Numbered from the stretch's first letter, positions 1-10,553 are shown. The stretch is 64,000 bases of DNA from Chloroflexota bacterium (GCA_965208775.1 OZ242360.1:3145591-3209590), one strand, 5' to 3'. The notes: generated from the sequence alone by a model not told the origin. Made by a program: numbers and translations.

Positions 1-18
1 CGCGGCGAAGCTCAAGGA

Positions 19-699
19 TTAAAGCGGACCGAGCGCCTTGTAGGTGGTCCTGTCGGGGACCTCGGCATCAATGAACCCGCGCCTGCGCTCGCCGCACTTG
101 CCGCAGATTCCGCAGTGCTCGCCGTCGACCGGATCGGCGCAAGAGAGCGATAGCTCGATCGGGAAGCTCCGACCCGCTCGCAAGACGTCTGACTTTTGCA
201 TGTCGTGGAGGGGGGTAAGCACACGAAACTCACGATCAAGCGCGAGTCCCGCCGACCTTTCAAGGCTACGTAGAAACTCGGGCGTAGCATCGGGAAATGG
301 ATTGCTCTTGAGAATGCCGATCGCGATGTTCGGGACGTCCACGATCGATCCGTACGTCGCTGCGACGCTGAGCAGCAGTAGATTCCTGCCCGGCAAGAAA
401 AAGTCCGAGTCGGGCGCCATCGCGTCGGGTACAGCTTGGCCGCCCGTGCTCCAGTGCCCGCTGTACAGTCCGCCCCGGCCAAATTCGAGCTCGGCGACCG
501 ACCTTACACGCTCGGCGTCGAGCGCCTGGAAAAACTTGGCGAGCGCGTTCAGTTCGGCGTCCTCCCACTTCAGGCCGGAGCGTATGAAAAGCGGGGTTAC
601 TTCCCTATAGGTCTGTGCCAGAAGGGCGGTCATGATGCAGCTATCGAGTCCACTCACAAGCGCGATGACCCGGCTCTTTGGTTCCGGGCGATCATTCAT
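19..699 (-). CDS. queC: 7-cyano-7-deazaguanine synthase (QueC) family
   Basis: PP-loop-like SGLDS, FLPGRNLLLL, FPDAT and Zn-binding SC...HCGICGKCGERR. Likely ATG at 699 (MNDRPEP); the ORF-track extension to 939 overlaps the divergent gene. Confidence 0.85.
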   Translation of the reverse strand: MNDRPEPKSRVIALVSGLDSCIMTALLAQTYREVTPLFIRSGLKWEDAELNALAKFFQALDAERVRSVAELEFGRGGLYSGHWSTGGQAVPDAMAPDSDFFLPGRNLLLLSVAATYGSIVDVPNIAIGILKSNPFPDATPEFLRSLERSAGLALDREFRVLTPLHDMQKSDVLRAGRSFPIELSLSCADPVDGEHCGICGKCGERRRGFIDAEVPDRTTYKALGPL

Positions 700-835
700 G
701 CGTGTAGCTCCATGGAATTCCGCTTTGTAACGCGAAGGCGCGGAGCGCGCGTGGTAACTTAGTTTCGGTTGCTCCGGGTGATTTGCTCCGCGGTTTCGCG
801 GCCGGCAAAGAGACCCTACTCCTCGAAGATCGCGA

Positions 836-1570
836 ATGAAGCTTGATGGCGCGACGGTCGTTGTCACCGGCGGCGCGAGGCGTGTCGGGCGGCACGTGGC
901 CCGGCGCATGGCCGAACGCGGCGCGAATATCGTGGTCAACTACCGCACGTCGGCGGACGAGGCCGCCGAAGCCGTTGGGGAGTTCAAGGCGCTGGGCGTC
1001 GACGCTCTCGCAGTTCAGGGAGATGTTTCCACCTACGACGGGGTTGCGGCGGTGCGCGATGCCGCCATTCACAGCTTCGGCTCGGTCGCGGTGCTGGTCA
1101 ATAACGCGTCCATCTATTATCCGACTCCCATAGATGAGCTTACCGAGGACGATTTGGACCGCAATATCGCTGTCAACCTGAAGGGGCCGTTTCTCGGCTG
1201 CTGGCTTTTCGGGTTGCACATGCGGGATCACGGCGGGGGAAAGATAGTCAACGTGGCCGACTGGGCGGTAGATCGTCCTTACAAGAACTATGCCCCATAC
1301 TTCGCAGCTAAAGGCGGCGTGGTTGCGTTGACGAAAGTCATGGCCAAGGAACTCGCTCCGACCGTGCTTGTAAATGCCATAGCTCCCGGGCCAATCTTAT
1401 TGCCGGAGGACTTCACACCCGAAATGATCCGGGGCGTCGAGAGAGCCACGCTTGTAAAGCGAATCGGGAATCCGGAGGATATAGCGCAAACGGCACTGTA
1501 CTTGATCGAAGGCACCGACTTCGTGACGGGCGCCGTGATCACCGTCGATGGAGGACGGCAAGTCGTTTAG
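836..1570 (+). CDS. Pteridine reductase-like SDR (PTR1/FolM-like)
   Basis: TGGARRVG (Arg-containing Rossmann motif typical of pteridine reductases), NNAS, YFAAK, VNAIAPG, VDGG. Confidence 0.75.
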   Translation: MKLDGATVVVTGGARRVGRHVARRMAERGANIVVNYRTSADEAAEAVGEFKALGVDALAVQGDVSTYDGVAAVRDAAIHSFGSVAVLVNNASIYYPTPIDELTEDDLDRNIAVNLKGPFLGCWLFGLHMRDHGGGKIVNVADWAVDRPYKNYAPYFAAKGGVVALTKVMAKELAPTVLVNAIAPGPILLPEDFTPEMIRGVERATLVKRIGNPEDIAQTALYLIEGTDFVTGAVITVDGGRQVV

Positions 1571-1580
1571 TGATGATTGA

Positions 1581-2054
1581 GTGGACATGATGTATGAGAT
1601 CGTAAAACGCGTCGATTTTTCGTTCGGTCACCGGCTCGTCGACTATCAAGGCAAATGCAATCGGCCCCACGGCCATAACGGCGTGGCGGAGATCCGCCTT
1701 GCCACGGACACGCTCGACGAGGCCGGCATGGTGGCGGATTTCGGCGACGTTGGCGACGCGGTAGGCGGCTGGATAAAAGCCCACCTCGACCATCGAATGA
1801 TCCTGAGGGCGGACGATCCTCTGGCCCGGGCAGTGGCAGCGCTTGGTGACGACGCGTATCTCATGGCTGAAGAGCCAACTGCCGAGAACATGGCGAGAAT
1901 GATCTACGGCAAGGCCTCTGAAATGGGACTACCCGTAGTGAGCGTAACTATGTGGGAGACTTCCGACTCACGCGCGACCTATGCCCCAGCCCAGGCGGAG
2001 TCTGGCGCGGGCGATGGCGTGGTCGAAAGGCGTGCGGCGCTCGTTCAGACGTGA
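1581..2054 (+). CDS. queD: 6-carboxytetrahydropterin synthase (PTPS-I/QueD)
   Basis: FSFGHRL, CxxxHGH (KCNRPHGH), GMVADF, LDH, PTAEN, WET. Confidence 0.9.
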   Translation: MDMMYEIVKRVDFSFGHRLVDYQGKCNRPHGHNGVAEIRLATDTLDEAGMVADFGDVGDAVGGWIKAHLDHRMILRADDPLARAVAALGDDAYLMAEEPTAENMARMIYGKASEMGLPVVSVTMWETSDSRATYAPAQAESGAGDGVVERRAALVQT

Positions 2055-2136
2055 CGCTTCGTGTGTGAATATTGAAGCAATGCTCGTAAATCGGAGTGAG
2101 GCCGCGCGCGGGACGAATTGTGTGACATAATATGTT

Positions 2137-2169
2137 GACGGTCCGAAGCGGACCGTCTTGTTTGTGTTT
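2137..2169 (+). terminator. Hairpin with U-rich tail after queD (intrinsic terminator, or 5' hairpin of the rpmG transcript)
   Basis: Perfect 9-bp stem GACGGTCCG-AAG-CGGACCGTC followed by TTGTTTGTGTTT. Confidence 0.55.
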
Positions 2170-2186
2170 GGTGGGAGCGATTCGTA

Positions 2187-2351
2187 GTGCCTTCGAGAGA
2201 CGATAGGTCAGTTATAACCCTGGCTTGCGGGGAATGCAGTAGGCGCAATTACGCGACCACCAAGAATCGCCGAAACAATACGGGCAGGCTCCAGCTAAGG
2301 AAATATTGTCGTTGGTGCCGGCAGCATACCGACCACAGGGAGACGCGTTAG
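2187..2351 (+). CDS. rpmG: 50S ribosomal protein L33, Zn-ribbon type
   Basis: Translated by hand, absent from the ORF track (54 aa): [54 protein letters not shown]. Lies directly upstream of secE. Confidence 0.95.
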   Translation: MPSRDDRSVITLACGECSRRNYATTKNRRNNTGRLQLRKYCRWCRQHTDHRETR

Positions 2352-2362
2352 GCAAATACCCG

Positions 2363-2620
2363 ATGGCAGTCGCGAAGCGAAGAAGCAAGCGCCGGACCAG
2401 ACGCCGGTCTTCCGCCGGCGGATTCAGGTCGCTTCTCGACCGCGGGCCGTTTCGGTTTGTAAGGGACACTTATGGCGAGCTTCGCCGCTCGCACTGGCCC
2501 TCGCAGCAGGAGACGACCAGGCTTACGCTAATAGTTCTCGGGGTATGCCTGCTGCTTGCGGCCATTCTGGGGACCTTCGACTTTGGACTGTCCCGGTTGA
2601 GTGAATTGATATTCGGCTAG
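2363..2620 (+). CDS. secE: Preprotein translocase subunit SecE
   Basis: ELRRSHWPS motif plus one TM helix, between rpmG and nusG; ATG at 2363. Confidence 0.9.
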   Translation: MAVAKRRSKRRTRRRSSAGGFRSLLDRGPFRFVRDTYGELRRSHWPSQQETTRLTLIVLGVCLLLAAILGTFDFGLSRLSELIFG

Positions 2621-2639
2621 ATATGTTGAGGCGGTCGAG

Positions 2640-3206
2640 TTGATTGAGGAAGACAGAACACGCGGACAGTGGTATGTCCTAAACACGTATTCAGGCTACG
2701 AAAACAAAGTAAATGACAACCTCCGGCACAGAATCGAGACGATGGAAGCCGAGGACAAGGTCTTCGAGATCGTAGTGCCGGAGGAAGAGGTAGAGGAAGT
2801 CCGGCAGGGCGAACGGCGGCGTGTCAAGCGCAAGATGTATCAAGGTTACGTCCTGGTACGGATGGAGATGGACGACCAATCGTGGTTTGTCGTTAGAAAC
2901 ACTCCGGGCGTTGTTAACTTTGTCGGGACCGGCAACCGGCCGACGCCCTTGCCTCAGACAGAAGTCGATGAGATCTTCAAGCAGATCGCCGGCGAAGTCG
3001 CTCGCCCGCAGGTGAGCCTCGCGGTTGGCGAGATGGTCAAGATCATCGACGGTCCGTTCTCCGAGTTCCTGGGCACGGTGGACGAAGTCAACCAGGACAA
3101 AGGCAGAGTCCGCGTGATGGTCTCGTTCTTTGGCCGCGATACCCCTGTAGAGTTGGACTTTCTGCAGGTGGAGCGTGTCAAAGGCGGATCGCCCATTCCA
3201 GGTTAG
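2640..3206 (+). CDS. nusG: Transcription termination/antitermination factor NusG
   Basis: WYVLNTYSGYE, VRNTPGV, KOW motif IIDGPF, FGRDTPVELDF. Confidence 0.98.
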   Translation: MIEEDRTRGQWYVLNTYSGYENKVNDNLRHRIETMEAEDKVFEIVVPEEEVEEVRQGERRRVKRKMYQGYVLVRMEMDDQSWFVVRNTPGVVNFVGTGNRPTPLPQTEVDEIFKQIAGEVARPQVSLAVGEMVKIIDGPFSEFLGTVDEVNQDKGRVRVMVSFFGRDTPVELDFLQVERVKGGSPIPG

Positions 3207-3245
3207 AGCGACAACTTATTTTTATTAGTGAGGAATAGCTGAGAT

Positions 3246-3674
3246 TTGGCGAAGAAAGTTCTGACAGTGGTAAAGCTCCAGCTGTCAGCCGGCGAGGCGA
3301 CCGTAGCACCGCCGGTTGGCCCAAGCCTGGGGCAACATGGTGTAAACAGCGTTCAGTTTTGCAAGGAATACAACGAGCGGACACGAGCGCAGCAGGGATC
3401 GATTATTCCGGTAGAGATAACCATCTTTGCCGACAGGTCGTACTCGTTCATAACCAAGACGCCGCCGACCAGCGATTTGCTCAGAAAGGCCGCCGGCGTC
3501 GAAAAAGGAAGCGGCACTCCCCGCAATGAGATCGTAGGAAGCGTTTCCAGGAGTCAACTGCGCCAGATCGCCGAAGTCAAGATGCCCGATCTCAACGCGA
3601 TGGACGTGGAAGCGGCCGAAAGAGTCGTTGCCGGCACGGCTCGCAGCATGGGACTGAGTATCGGCTCCGAATAA
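3246..3674 (+). CDS. rplK: 50S ribosomal protein L11
   Basis: [26 protein letters not shown]. Confidence 0.98.
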   Translation: MAKKVLTVVKLQLSAGEATVAPPVGPSLGQHGVNSVQFCKEYNERTRAQQGSIIPVEITIFADRSYSFITKTPPTSDLLRKAAGVEKGSGTPRNEIVGSVSRSQLRQIAEVKMPDLNAMDVEAAERVVAGTARSMGLSIGSE

Positions 3675-3721
3675 GCAAGAAATAGACGGAGGTCAAATGA
3701 CAGTGAGATCGGAAATCGAAG

Positions 3722-4435
3722 GTGTCTAGAAAGGGAAAGCGCTACAAAGGCGCCGTGGAGCTCATAGAGAGGGACAAGTCATATTCGCCGGAAGAGGCCC
3801 TGGAGCTTGTGCCTGAGACGTCCATCACGAAATTCGACGCTTCGGTCGAGTTACACCTGAATCTGGGAGTCGACCCCACTCGTCAGGACCAGCAGGTGCG
3901 CGGTACTTTGACGCTCCCTCATGGAACCGGCAAGACACAACGAGTGGTCGTTTTCGCAGCCGGCGACAAAGCCAGCGAGGCGATGGAAGCGAACGCCGAC
4001 GAAGTGGGCGCCGAGGACCTCGCGAAGAAGATTCAAGGTGGATGGCTGGAGTTTGACGCTGCGGTTGCGACGCCAGACATGATGCGTGTCGTCGGCCCTT
4101 TGGGCCGCATTCTGGGACCGCGAGGTCTGATGCCAAATGCACGGGCGGGCACGGTTACGCAGAACGTAAAGCAGGCCGTGACCGAGTTGAAGGCCGGCAG
4201 GGTCGAGTTCCGGGTCGACCGGACCGGAAACGTGCACATGATCATTGGACGCGCGTCGTTTGCGACTGAACAGCTTCGGGAGAACCTTACGGCCGTGCTA
4301 GCCGCGATCGTCGCCGCAAGGCCGTCGGGCGCAAAAGGGACTTACGTAAGATCGGCTACACTGGCCTCGACTATGGGACCGGGTATCCCGCTGGACGTTC
4401 AGGAATCTCTGGCCATGACGAGGTCTGTCAATTGA
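3722..4435 (+). CDS. rplA: 50S ribosomal protein L1
   Basis: [32 protein letters not shown]. Confidence 0.98.
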   Translation: MSRKGKRYKGAVELIERDKSYSPEEALELVPETSITKFDASVELHLNLGVDPTRQDQQVRGTLTLPHGTGKTQRVVVFAAGDKASEAMEANADEVGAEDLAKKIQGGWLEFDAAVATPDMMRVVGPLGRILGPRGLMPNARAGTVTQNVKQAVTELKAGRVEFRVDRTGNVHMIIGRASFATEQLRENLTAVLAAIVAARPSGAKGTYVRSATLASTMGPGIPLDVQESLAMTRSVN

Positions 4436-4508
4436 TATTGTCACCCGGTCGCAGCTGTAAGTACGGAGAAGTCTAGACGGGAAAAGACGACACAACTCAA
4501 AACGATTA

Positions 4509-4620
4509 CGCCGAAGACGACGGGCGCGCCTGAATTGCTTAAACCGATACAGCCCGTCCAGGCGGGACTTGTGAAGGTTCGGCTTTCGCACCGCGCGGCG
4601 TAACCGCGCGGTTTTTATTT
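4509..4620 (+). promoter_or_regulatory. L10 leader (rplJL autoregulatory element) with downstream attenuator-like hairpin
   Basis: CGCCGAAGACGACGGG...TTAA...CCCGTCCAGGCG upstream of rplJ, then ACCGCGCGG-CGTAA-CCGCGCGGT followed by a T-rich tract (4590-4620). Confidence 0.75.
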
Positions 4621-4638
4621 GAGCGAAGGAGGAGCTTA

Positions 4639-5169
4639 TTGGCTAGTAGAGCGGTAAAACGCGCGCAGGTCGAGGAGATCAAGACCTTAATGACCGATGC
4701 CCCTTTGTGGATGGTGAGCGATTTTCGGGGATTGGGGGTCGCGGATCTCCAGGCATTGCGGCGACGGATCAAGGAAAGCGGCGGCAATATTCGCATAGCC
4801 AAGAACTCGCTGGCGCGTCGGGCCGCCGACGGCGTCGGCTTCGAATTCGCGAAAGCGCTATTTGAAGGTCCGTCGGCCATAACAGAGTGTCGCGAGGATC
4901 TCGTCGGTCCCACCAAGGCGCTCTGGCAGAATTACACTACTGACGAACGGTGGGTGATTCGGGGCGGTGTTCTCAACGGAGAACTGATTTCGACGGACGA
5001 AGTGCAGCGAATCGCGTCGCTGCCGGGTAGGGATCAACTGCTTGCGCAGGCGGTTTGGGGGATCGAGTCGCCCATTTCGAGTCTGGTGCATAGCCTCGAG
5101 GGGATCATCGCTAGTTTTGTTTACGCTCTCCAGGGGCGGATCGATCAGCTTGAAGAGTCGGAAGCGTAG
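4639..5169 (+). CDS. rplJ: 50S ribosomal protein L10
   Basis: DFRGLGV, LRR, KNSL, LPGRDQL; syntenic position. Confidence 0.95.
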   Translation: MASRAVKRAQVEEIKTLMTDAPLWMVSDFRGLGVADLQALRRRIKESGGNIRIAKNSLARRAADGVGFEFAKALFEGPSAITECREDLVGPTKALWQNYTTDERWVIRGGVLNGELISTDEVQRIASLPGRDQLLAQAVWGIESPISSLVHSLEGIIASFVYALQGRIDQLEESEA

Positions 5170-5199
5170 GCTTCCTTAGGAATCAGGAGTTTCATTCAG

Positions 5200-5601
5200 A
5201 TGGCCGCAAAAAACACTGCGACGGGGAGTTCGGTTGACAGCATTATCGAGAGTATCGAATCGATGACTGTTCTTGAACTGGCAGACCTTGTCGAAAAGCT
5301 CAAGGACAAATTCGGGGTCTCGGCAATGCCCGCGATGGTGGCGGCGCCAGCCGATGCGAACGGAGCCGCGGCGGCGGAAGTCGAAGAGCAGACCGAATTC
5401 GACGTACATCTCGCCGAAGTCGGCCCCAACAAGATTCCGGTGATCAAGGTCGTACGTAAGGCGACGGGTCTCGGACTCCGGGAAGCGAAGGCTGTTGTCG
5501 ACGAGGCGCCCGGGCCGGTGAAGGAAGGTATTTCGAAGCAGGACGCCGAGGAGCTTGGCAAGCTCCTCGAAGCGGAGGGCGCCAAGGTCGAAATCAAGTA
5601 G
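5200..5601 (+). CDS. rplL: 50S ribosomal protein L7/L12
   Basis: [34 protein letters not shown]. Confidence 0.98.
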   Translation: MAAKNTATGSSVDSIIESIESMTVLELADLVEKLKDKFGVSAMPAMVAAPADANGAAAAEVEEQTEFDVHLAEVGPNKIPVIKVVRKATGLGLREAKAVVDEAPGPVKEGISKQDAEELGKLLEAEGAKVEIK

Positions 5602-5821
5602 CTCGGTCCATCCGGCGGACGGATCGGAAGGTCTTTCGAGACTACCAGAATTCTTGCCGCCGGCGGCGACAGGCCGTAACTTGAACCTCGTAATTCGCGT
5701 GATCTACGGCGATCTTGCAGGTCGGGTAGTGTAACGGCGCCCTGATAGGCTTTGCCCTCCGGGCTCGGCGTAGTTCGCGGGGAAAGCCGATTCAGACAGG
5801 ACCGATGCCGATTCTCTTCGA

Positions 5822-7948
5822 ATGGGAGTAATGGCGGGCTTCGCAGGTCGGTTCATTCCCGCTTTTGGTCGAGGCGCTTACACGCGCTTGGGCCGTGTGC
5901 GACTCGATCCGAGAGTCGTGGTCACGCTGGCGGCTCTCGTGGCGCTGTTCCTGAGAACGTGGCAACTGCCGGAGCTCGGCGACTTCGACTTCGATGAGGT
6001 GGCGAGCGTCTGGTACGCGCGTCTGGTCGCCGTAGACCTTCTACAAGCCATTAGCACAGCGCCGTTCGAACACCCGCCGCTCTACTATCTGACGCTTCAC
6101 TATTGGACCAAACTCCTCGGCGAGCAGGAGCCGCTCGTACGGCTACTTTCGGTGCCCGCGGGCGTTGCGCTCGTTCCGGTGACGTATGCGCTGGGAGCGC
6201 GTCTTTTGGGCACGCGTTCGGGGATGGTCGCTTCGGTCATCGTCGCAACGTCCCCTACGCTGATTTTTTACAGCCGCGAGGCGAGGATGTACATCTTCGC
6301 CACTCTGTTCGGATTTCTAGCCCTGTATCTGCTGATTCGCGCATTCGAGCGTGGCGGAATCCGCGCCTGGCTTGCGTACGGTCTCGTTTCGCTGGCCGGG
6401 GCGTTCCTGGACTACTCGGCTTTGATGGGGGTTCTAGCCGGAAATGTCTATCTGCTCTCAAATTGGAAGCGGAACAAGTGGGTCGTAGTGAGGCTGCTGG
6501 CGGCGCAGGCCGTAGTGATTGCGGCGCTCTTGAGCTGGATGCTCACTTCTCCGGGAGTGCAAGCGAGCGTGGGGGCGTTCGGTAAAGGGACGCTGACCTA
6601 CGGCCTTATAAGCCATGCCGCCCACGAGGGCTGGTTGAACATGACCACCGGTATCGGCAACGTTCGGGGCGGGCGCGCCTCGGTTGGGATCGCCGTCTTG
6701 CTGGGCGGGACTGCGCTGGTTGGCTTCATACTAGCCGCGTGGAGGCGGCGAGCCGGTTCCCTCCATGCCTATGCGGTTCTTGCAGGGATCGGTCTCTTGA
6801 TACTGCTGCTCTTCGGGCAGGAATATCAACCGCGCTACTTGATGATGGGCATTCCCATCATCGCTCTATTTGCCGGCTACGCCATCACGCGGCTGAAGTT
6901 GCCCGATCTTGCGATTGCGGGCTTGGCGGCGGTTTTGTTCGCCGCAGGCCCACTCTATGCCTCCCGCTTCTATTATTTTGGATACGAGCGCGGCGACTAC
7001 CGCGCCATTACGTCCGCCATAAATGAGCTGTCGCTTCCCATGGCTGAAGCGGAACGGCCCGGGAAGTTTCGCGACGCCGTGGTTCTGGCCGGTCCCTGGC
7101 AAGGCTGGTTCTGGCGGCACTACTACCCGGAATTCTTGGAAACTGTCGATGTTTGGTTGCTGCCGGACGAGGTTCCTCCCGCAGTGACCAAAGAAGAAGT
7201 TGAAGCGAAGCTGGGGCGTGCCGCCGAGAGTCACCAGCGGGTGTGGGTGATTCTTAGCGCGCTAAATCAGTCGGACCCAAACGGCTACGTTGAAGACTGG
7301 CTCAATTCCCGGTTGTGGAAGGCCCGCGACTCGGCGTACAGAAACGGGATGCTGCTTTTGTACATGACCAACGCAAGCGACATGGTGATTCGTGACCAAG
7401 GTTTCTTTGCCTTCGAGGGAGGGCCTGACGTGTTGTCGATCGAGTTTGCGGGTGCTCGGGAGGATCAGCCTCCCAAGGAGACCGGCAACGGGATCCGATT
7501 TACCTTCCGGTTGTTCTCTAGTGGCCCGGCGGCCCCCGATCTTGCTATTCGAGCCTGGCTCGAAGGTCCCGACGGCCAAGTCTACGAACGGACCTTCCGG
7601 CCGCTCGCGCAGGACGCCCGAAAGCCGCATCACTGGATCCCCGGAGAGCGGATCGCAGCGAAGACTGCCGTCTGGGTTCCCGCAGGCGCGCCGGCCGGGA
7701 CTTACAAGGCCTATGCGAGCTTCGTGTACGCCGACCGCGTGCCTATCTACCTGGAGGGCAGGATAAGAGGCGTCCATCAGAATGATCCTGGTGTTTTGTA
7801 TCTGGGGCCGGCTGAGATTGTCGAGTCGTCCCGCGGCCTGCTAGACGATGCGGAGATATACGAGCAATTCGGCGCGCCGCTACACGACCGCACAATGGAG
7901 GACGTAGAGAGCCGCAGCATCTATCACGGCTCGCTCCACGAACGCTAG
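5822..7948 (+). CDS. GT-C fold glycosyltransferase (PMT_2/ArnT-like) with C-terminal extracellular domain
   Basis: DFDE, HPPLYY, RLLS, YSREARMY motifs and many TM segments; start uncertain. Confidence 0.8.
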   Translation: MGVMAGFAGRFIPAFGRGAYTRLGRVRLDPRVVVTLAALVALFLRTWQLPELGDFDFDEVASVWYARLVAVDLLQAISTAPFEHPPLYYLTLHYWTKLLGEQEPLVRLLSVPAGVALVPVTYALGARLLGTRSGMVASVIVATSPTLIFYSREARMYIFATLFGFLALYLLIRAFERGGIRAWLAYGLVSLAGAFLDYSALMGVLAGNVYLLSNWKRNKWVVVRLLAAQAVVIAALLSWMLTSPGVQASVGAFGKGTLTYGLISHAAHEGWLNMTTGIGNVRGGRASVGIAVLLGGTALVGFILAAWRRRAGSLHAYAVLAGIGLLILLLFGQEYQPRYLMMGIPIIALFAGYAITRLKLPDLAIAGLAAVLFAAGPLYASRFYYFGYERGDYRAITSAINELSLPMAEAERPGKFRDAVVLAGPWQGWFWRHYYPEFLETVDVWLLPDEVPPAVTKEEVEAKLGRAAESHQRVWVILSALNQSDPNGYVEDWLNSRLWKARDSAYRNGMLLLYMTNASDMVIRDQGFFAFEGGPDVLSIEFAGAREDQPPKETGNGIRFTFRLFSSGPAAPDLAIRAWLEGPDGQVYERTFRPLAQDARKPHHWIPGERIAAKTAVWVPAGAPAGTYKAYASFVYADRVPIYLEGRIRGVHQNDPGVLYLGPAEIVESSRGLLDDAEIYEQFGAPLHDRTMEDVESRSIYHGSLHER

Positions 7949-9513
7949 CGGGAACCAGTCCGGATAGCCTGGTACGCCGACACCAGTTCTCTGCGACTGA
8001 CGCCGCCCGTGGCGACCATGACCGCCGCGTAGGCGACACCCCCGGCGACGGCTCCCGCGAACCAGCCGAACGAGCCGACCAGGAGCGCGATTCCCGCCAT
8101 CACCGCCGCTGCGAACGCGGGCTTCAGCAGCGGGCCGGGCACTCTCCCCAGCAGGCCTCTTCCGCGCAGCGCGGCACCGTAGAGAATCAGGAGAGCAATT
8201 TCAGCAAAAACCGTGGCGTAGGCGGCGGCGACTATGCCGAATACAGGCAGCAGCGTGAGGTTTAGCGCCAGGTTCAACGCGGTCGCCACAACGAACGAGG
8301 TTGCGATAGTGCGAAGCCTATCGATTGAAATGAGCACCTGCTGAAACATGGCGTTAAGGAATGCAAACGGCAGGAACCAAATGAAGATCCGCAGCACCTC
8401 GCCGCCTTCCGGCAGGAACTGGTCTCCCCAAAAGCTACGTACGATGCCTTCGGCGAACACCGTGAAAACAACCACAATGGGCAGTCCGATGAGTACGAGG
8501 AATCTCCACGCTCGCACGAACCACCGACCAAGCTCTTCCGGATTCGACGCTGCGCGAACCAGCGCCGGGAACAAAGGGAGCGCGACGGCGACGGGTATAA
8601 CCGTGAGGGCAGCAATGAATTTGTAGGAGGCATTGTATTTCCCGACCATCTCGGTGCCTTGCAACGATTGAATTACGAGAATGTCGATCTGGAAAAAGAC
8701 GTTTGCCAGCAACTCGTTGAGCATCAGCGGAGTCGCGCTGCGAGCCATTTCACCCAACTCGCGGCGCGCGGCCAGCTTATACGTGCCGAGCAGGTTGTAA
8801 CCGAGCGGGCGCGCGAGAGTCGCAAACGTCAAGACGCCAGCGACTATCGCGACCGCGCCGAGCCCAATCAAGCCTGCTCCCGTCAACAGCGCCAGCACTC
8901 CGGCTCCAACGGTAAATAGTGCGGTCCCTATCGCGACCGCGCCGCGAAAGTCGGCGCGCTCAAAACCCGCGTACACTGCCGCGTAGGCCTGGTTTATCGA
9001 GCTGGGTACTAGAGAGATGGCGATCAGGATAGTCACCGCGACAGTGACGTCGGAGATCGAATCCCCGACCCGGTACGCAACCGCCAAGAGGACCATCACG
9101 GGCGCGCCCGCAACCAGAACCAGGAGCCTCAAGACAAGCGCGTTGCCAAAGATGGTGAGAAGATCCTCGCGCCTTCGGGCGACCTCCCGCGACACCAGTG
9201 TGGATAACCCAAAGTTGGTGACTGCGGCGAAGTAGACGAAAAGATTAGTCGCGAAGGCATATTCACCGTTTCCGGTCGGACCGAGGATTCGCAGCGCGAC
9301 GATCCAAAAACCCCAGAACAACGCCCGCTCTGCCATTCCCGAGCCGAACAGGATGGCTGTGTTGCGGGCCGAGCGCTGGGCCACGGAGAAGTCGGCCAGG
9401 CTGGGACGAGTGTCCAGACGCCTTCTGGACAGCCACGTCATGTAGACAACACTGAATACCGTGGCGGCGGCGGCGACTATGCCGGCTGCGATCCGAGCTG
9501 CCTCCGGCAACAT
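7945..9513 (-). CDS. Wzx/MOP-superfamily flippase
   Basis: RILGPTGNGEY, FGLSTLVSREVAR, QIDILVI, VGKYNASYK, NLALNLTLLPVFGIVAAAYAT. Confidence 0.85.
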   Translation of the reverse strand: MLPEAARIAAGIVAAAATVFSVVYMTWLSRRRLDTRPSLADFSVAQRSARNTAILFGSGMAERALFWGFWIVALRILGPTGNGEYAFATNLFVYFAAVTNFGLSTLVSREVARRREDLLTIFGNALVLRLLVLVAGAPVMVLLAVAYRVGDSISDVTVAVTILIAISLVPSSINQAYAAVYAGFERADFRGAVAIGTALFTVGAGVLALLTGAGLIGLGAVAIVAGVLTFATLARPLGYNLLGTYKLAARRELGEMARSATPLMLNELLANVFFQIDILVIQSLQGTEMVGKYNASYKFIAALTVIPVAVALPLFPALVRAASNPEELGRWFVRAWRFLVLIGLPIVVVFTVFAEGIVRSFWGDQFLPEGGEVLRIFIWFLPFAFLNAMFQQVLISIDRLRTIATSFVVATALNLALNLTLLPVFGIVAAAYATVFAEIALLILYGAALRGRGLLGRVPGPLLKPAFAAAVMAGIALLVGSFGWFAGAVAGGVAYAAVMVATGGVSRRELVSAYQAIRTGSR

Positions 9514-9563
9514 TGGTCAGATGGTGTGCGGCGGCACGCAGATTAGCGAGTCAAAGCGGAGGG

Positions 9564-10553
9564 CTAACCCGTCGGTATAGCCATTTCCGCTACGTCGACG
9601 ATTGGGGCGAAGACTGGATGACTGAGGTACCTTTCACCGGTGTCGGGAAGAATGGTGACGATCAGCTTGCCTTCGTTTTCGGGACGGCTCCCGACTTCGA
9701 CTGCTGCGGCGACGGCCGCTCCCGCCGACACCCCAACGAAGAGTCCATCTTTTTCGGCAAGTTCGCGGGCCATGGCCTCAGATCTGTCGTCCGAAATCGG
9801 CAGGACCTCATCGAGAATATCCACGTCCAGAACTCCGGGAACGAAGCCGGCGCCGATTCCCTGGATGCGATGCGGGCCTGCCTGCTCACCGGATAGGACC
9901 GCGCTGCCTTGCGGTTCGACGCCCACCACTTTGACGGTGGGCTTCTTCTCTTTGAGGACCCGTCCACACCCGGTCGCCGTGCCGCCGGTGCCAATACCCG
10001 CCACCAGAATGTCGATTTCGCCGTTGGTGTCGTCCCAGAGTTCGAGGGCGGTCGTTTGTTGGTGTACCTTCGGGTTGGCCGGGTTCTCAAACTGCTGCGG
10101 AATCCAGGCGTCGGGGATCTGGTCCCGCAACTGCTCCGCCTTAGTGATTGAACCGTTCATCCCGGCGGGCCCCGGAGTCAGAACGACTTCAGCGCCAAGT
10201 AGCATCAGGAGCTTGCGCCGTTCGAGGCTCATCGTTTCCGGCATCGTGAGAACGCAACGGTATCCGCGGGCCGCGCATATCATGGCGAGCGCGATGCCGG
10301 TATTTCCGCTGGTTGGTTCAACGACTACGGTCTTGCCGCGCTGGATCAGTCCACGTTCCTCTGCGTCGTGGATCATTGCCAGTCCGATGCGGTCCTTAAC
10401 GCTGCCGCCGGGATTAAAGGCTTCGACTTTCCCGACTATGATCGACTTGCAGCCTTTGGTCGGACTGTTTATGCGTACCAAAGGGGTATTGCCGATCAAG
10501 CCCGTAACGTCTTCGGCTATCCCCGGCAAGTCTTTTCCCTTGATCCTTGCCAT
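9564..10553 (-). CDS. cysK: Cysteine synthase A
   Basis: PLP lysine motif [34 protein letters not shown]. Confidence 0.97.
   Translation of the reverse strand: MARIKGKDLPGIAEDVTGLIGNTPLVRINSPTKGCKSIIVGKVEAFNPGGSVKDRIGLAMIHDAEERGLIQRGKTVVVEPTSGNTGIALAMICAARGYRCVLTMPETMSLERRKLLMLLGAEVVLTPGPAGMNGSITKAEQLRDQIPDAWIPQQFENPANPKVHQQTTALELWDDTNGEIDILVAGIGTGGTATGCGRVLKEKKPTVKVVGVEPQGSAVLSGEQAGPHRIQGIGAGFVPGVLDVDILDEVLPISDDRSEAMARELAEKDGLFVGVSAGAAVAAAVEVGSRPENEGKLIVTILPDTGERYLSHPVFAPIVDVAEMAIPTG

Noticed and set aside
19-699. QueC as part of a defence or DNA-modification system (QatABCD, dpd)
   Set aside because: It is a short canonical-length QueC near queD, and no ATPase, TatD or DpdA-like genes are visible. 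The left flank is outside the window.
700-835. Possible preQ1 riboswitch upstream of queC or queD
   Set aside because: No short stem with an A-rich tail matching preQ1-I could be found on either strand.
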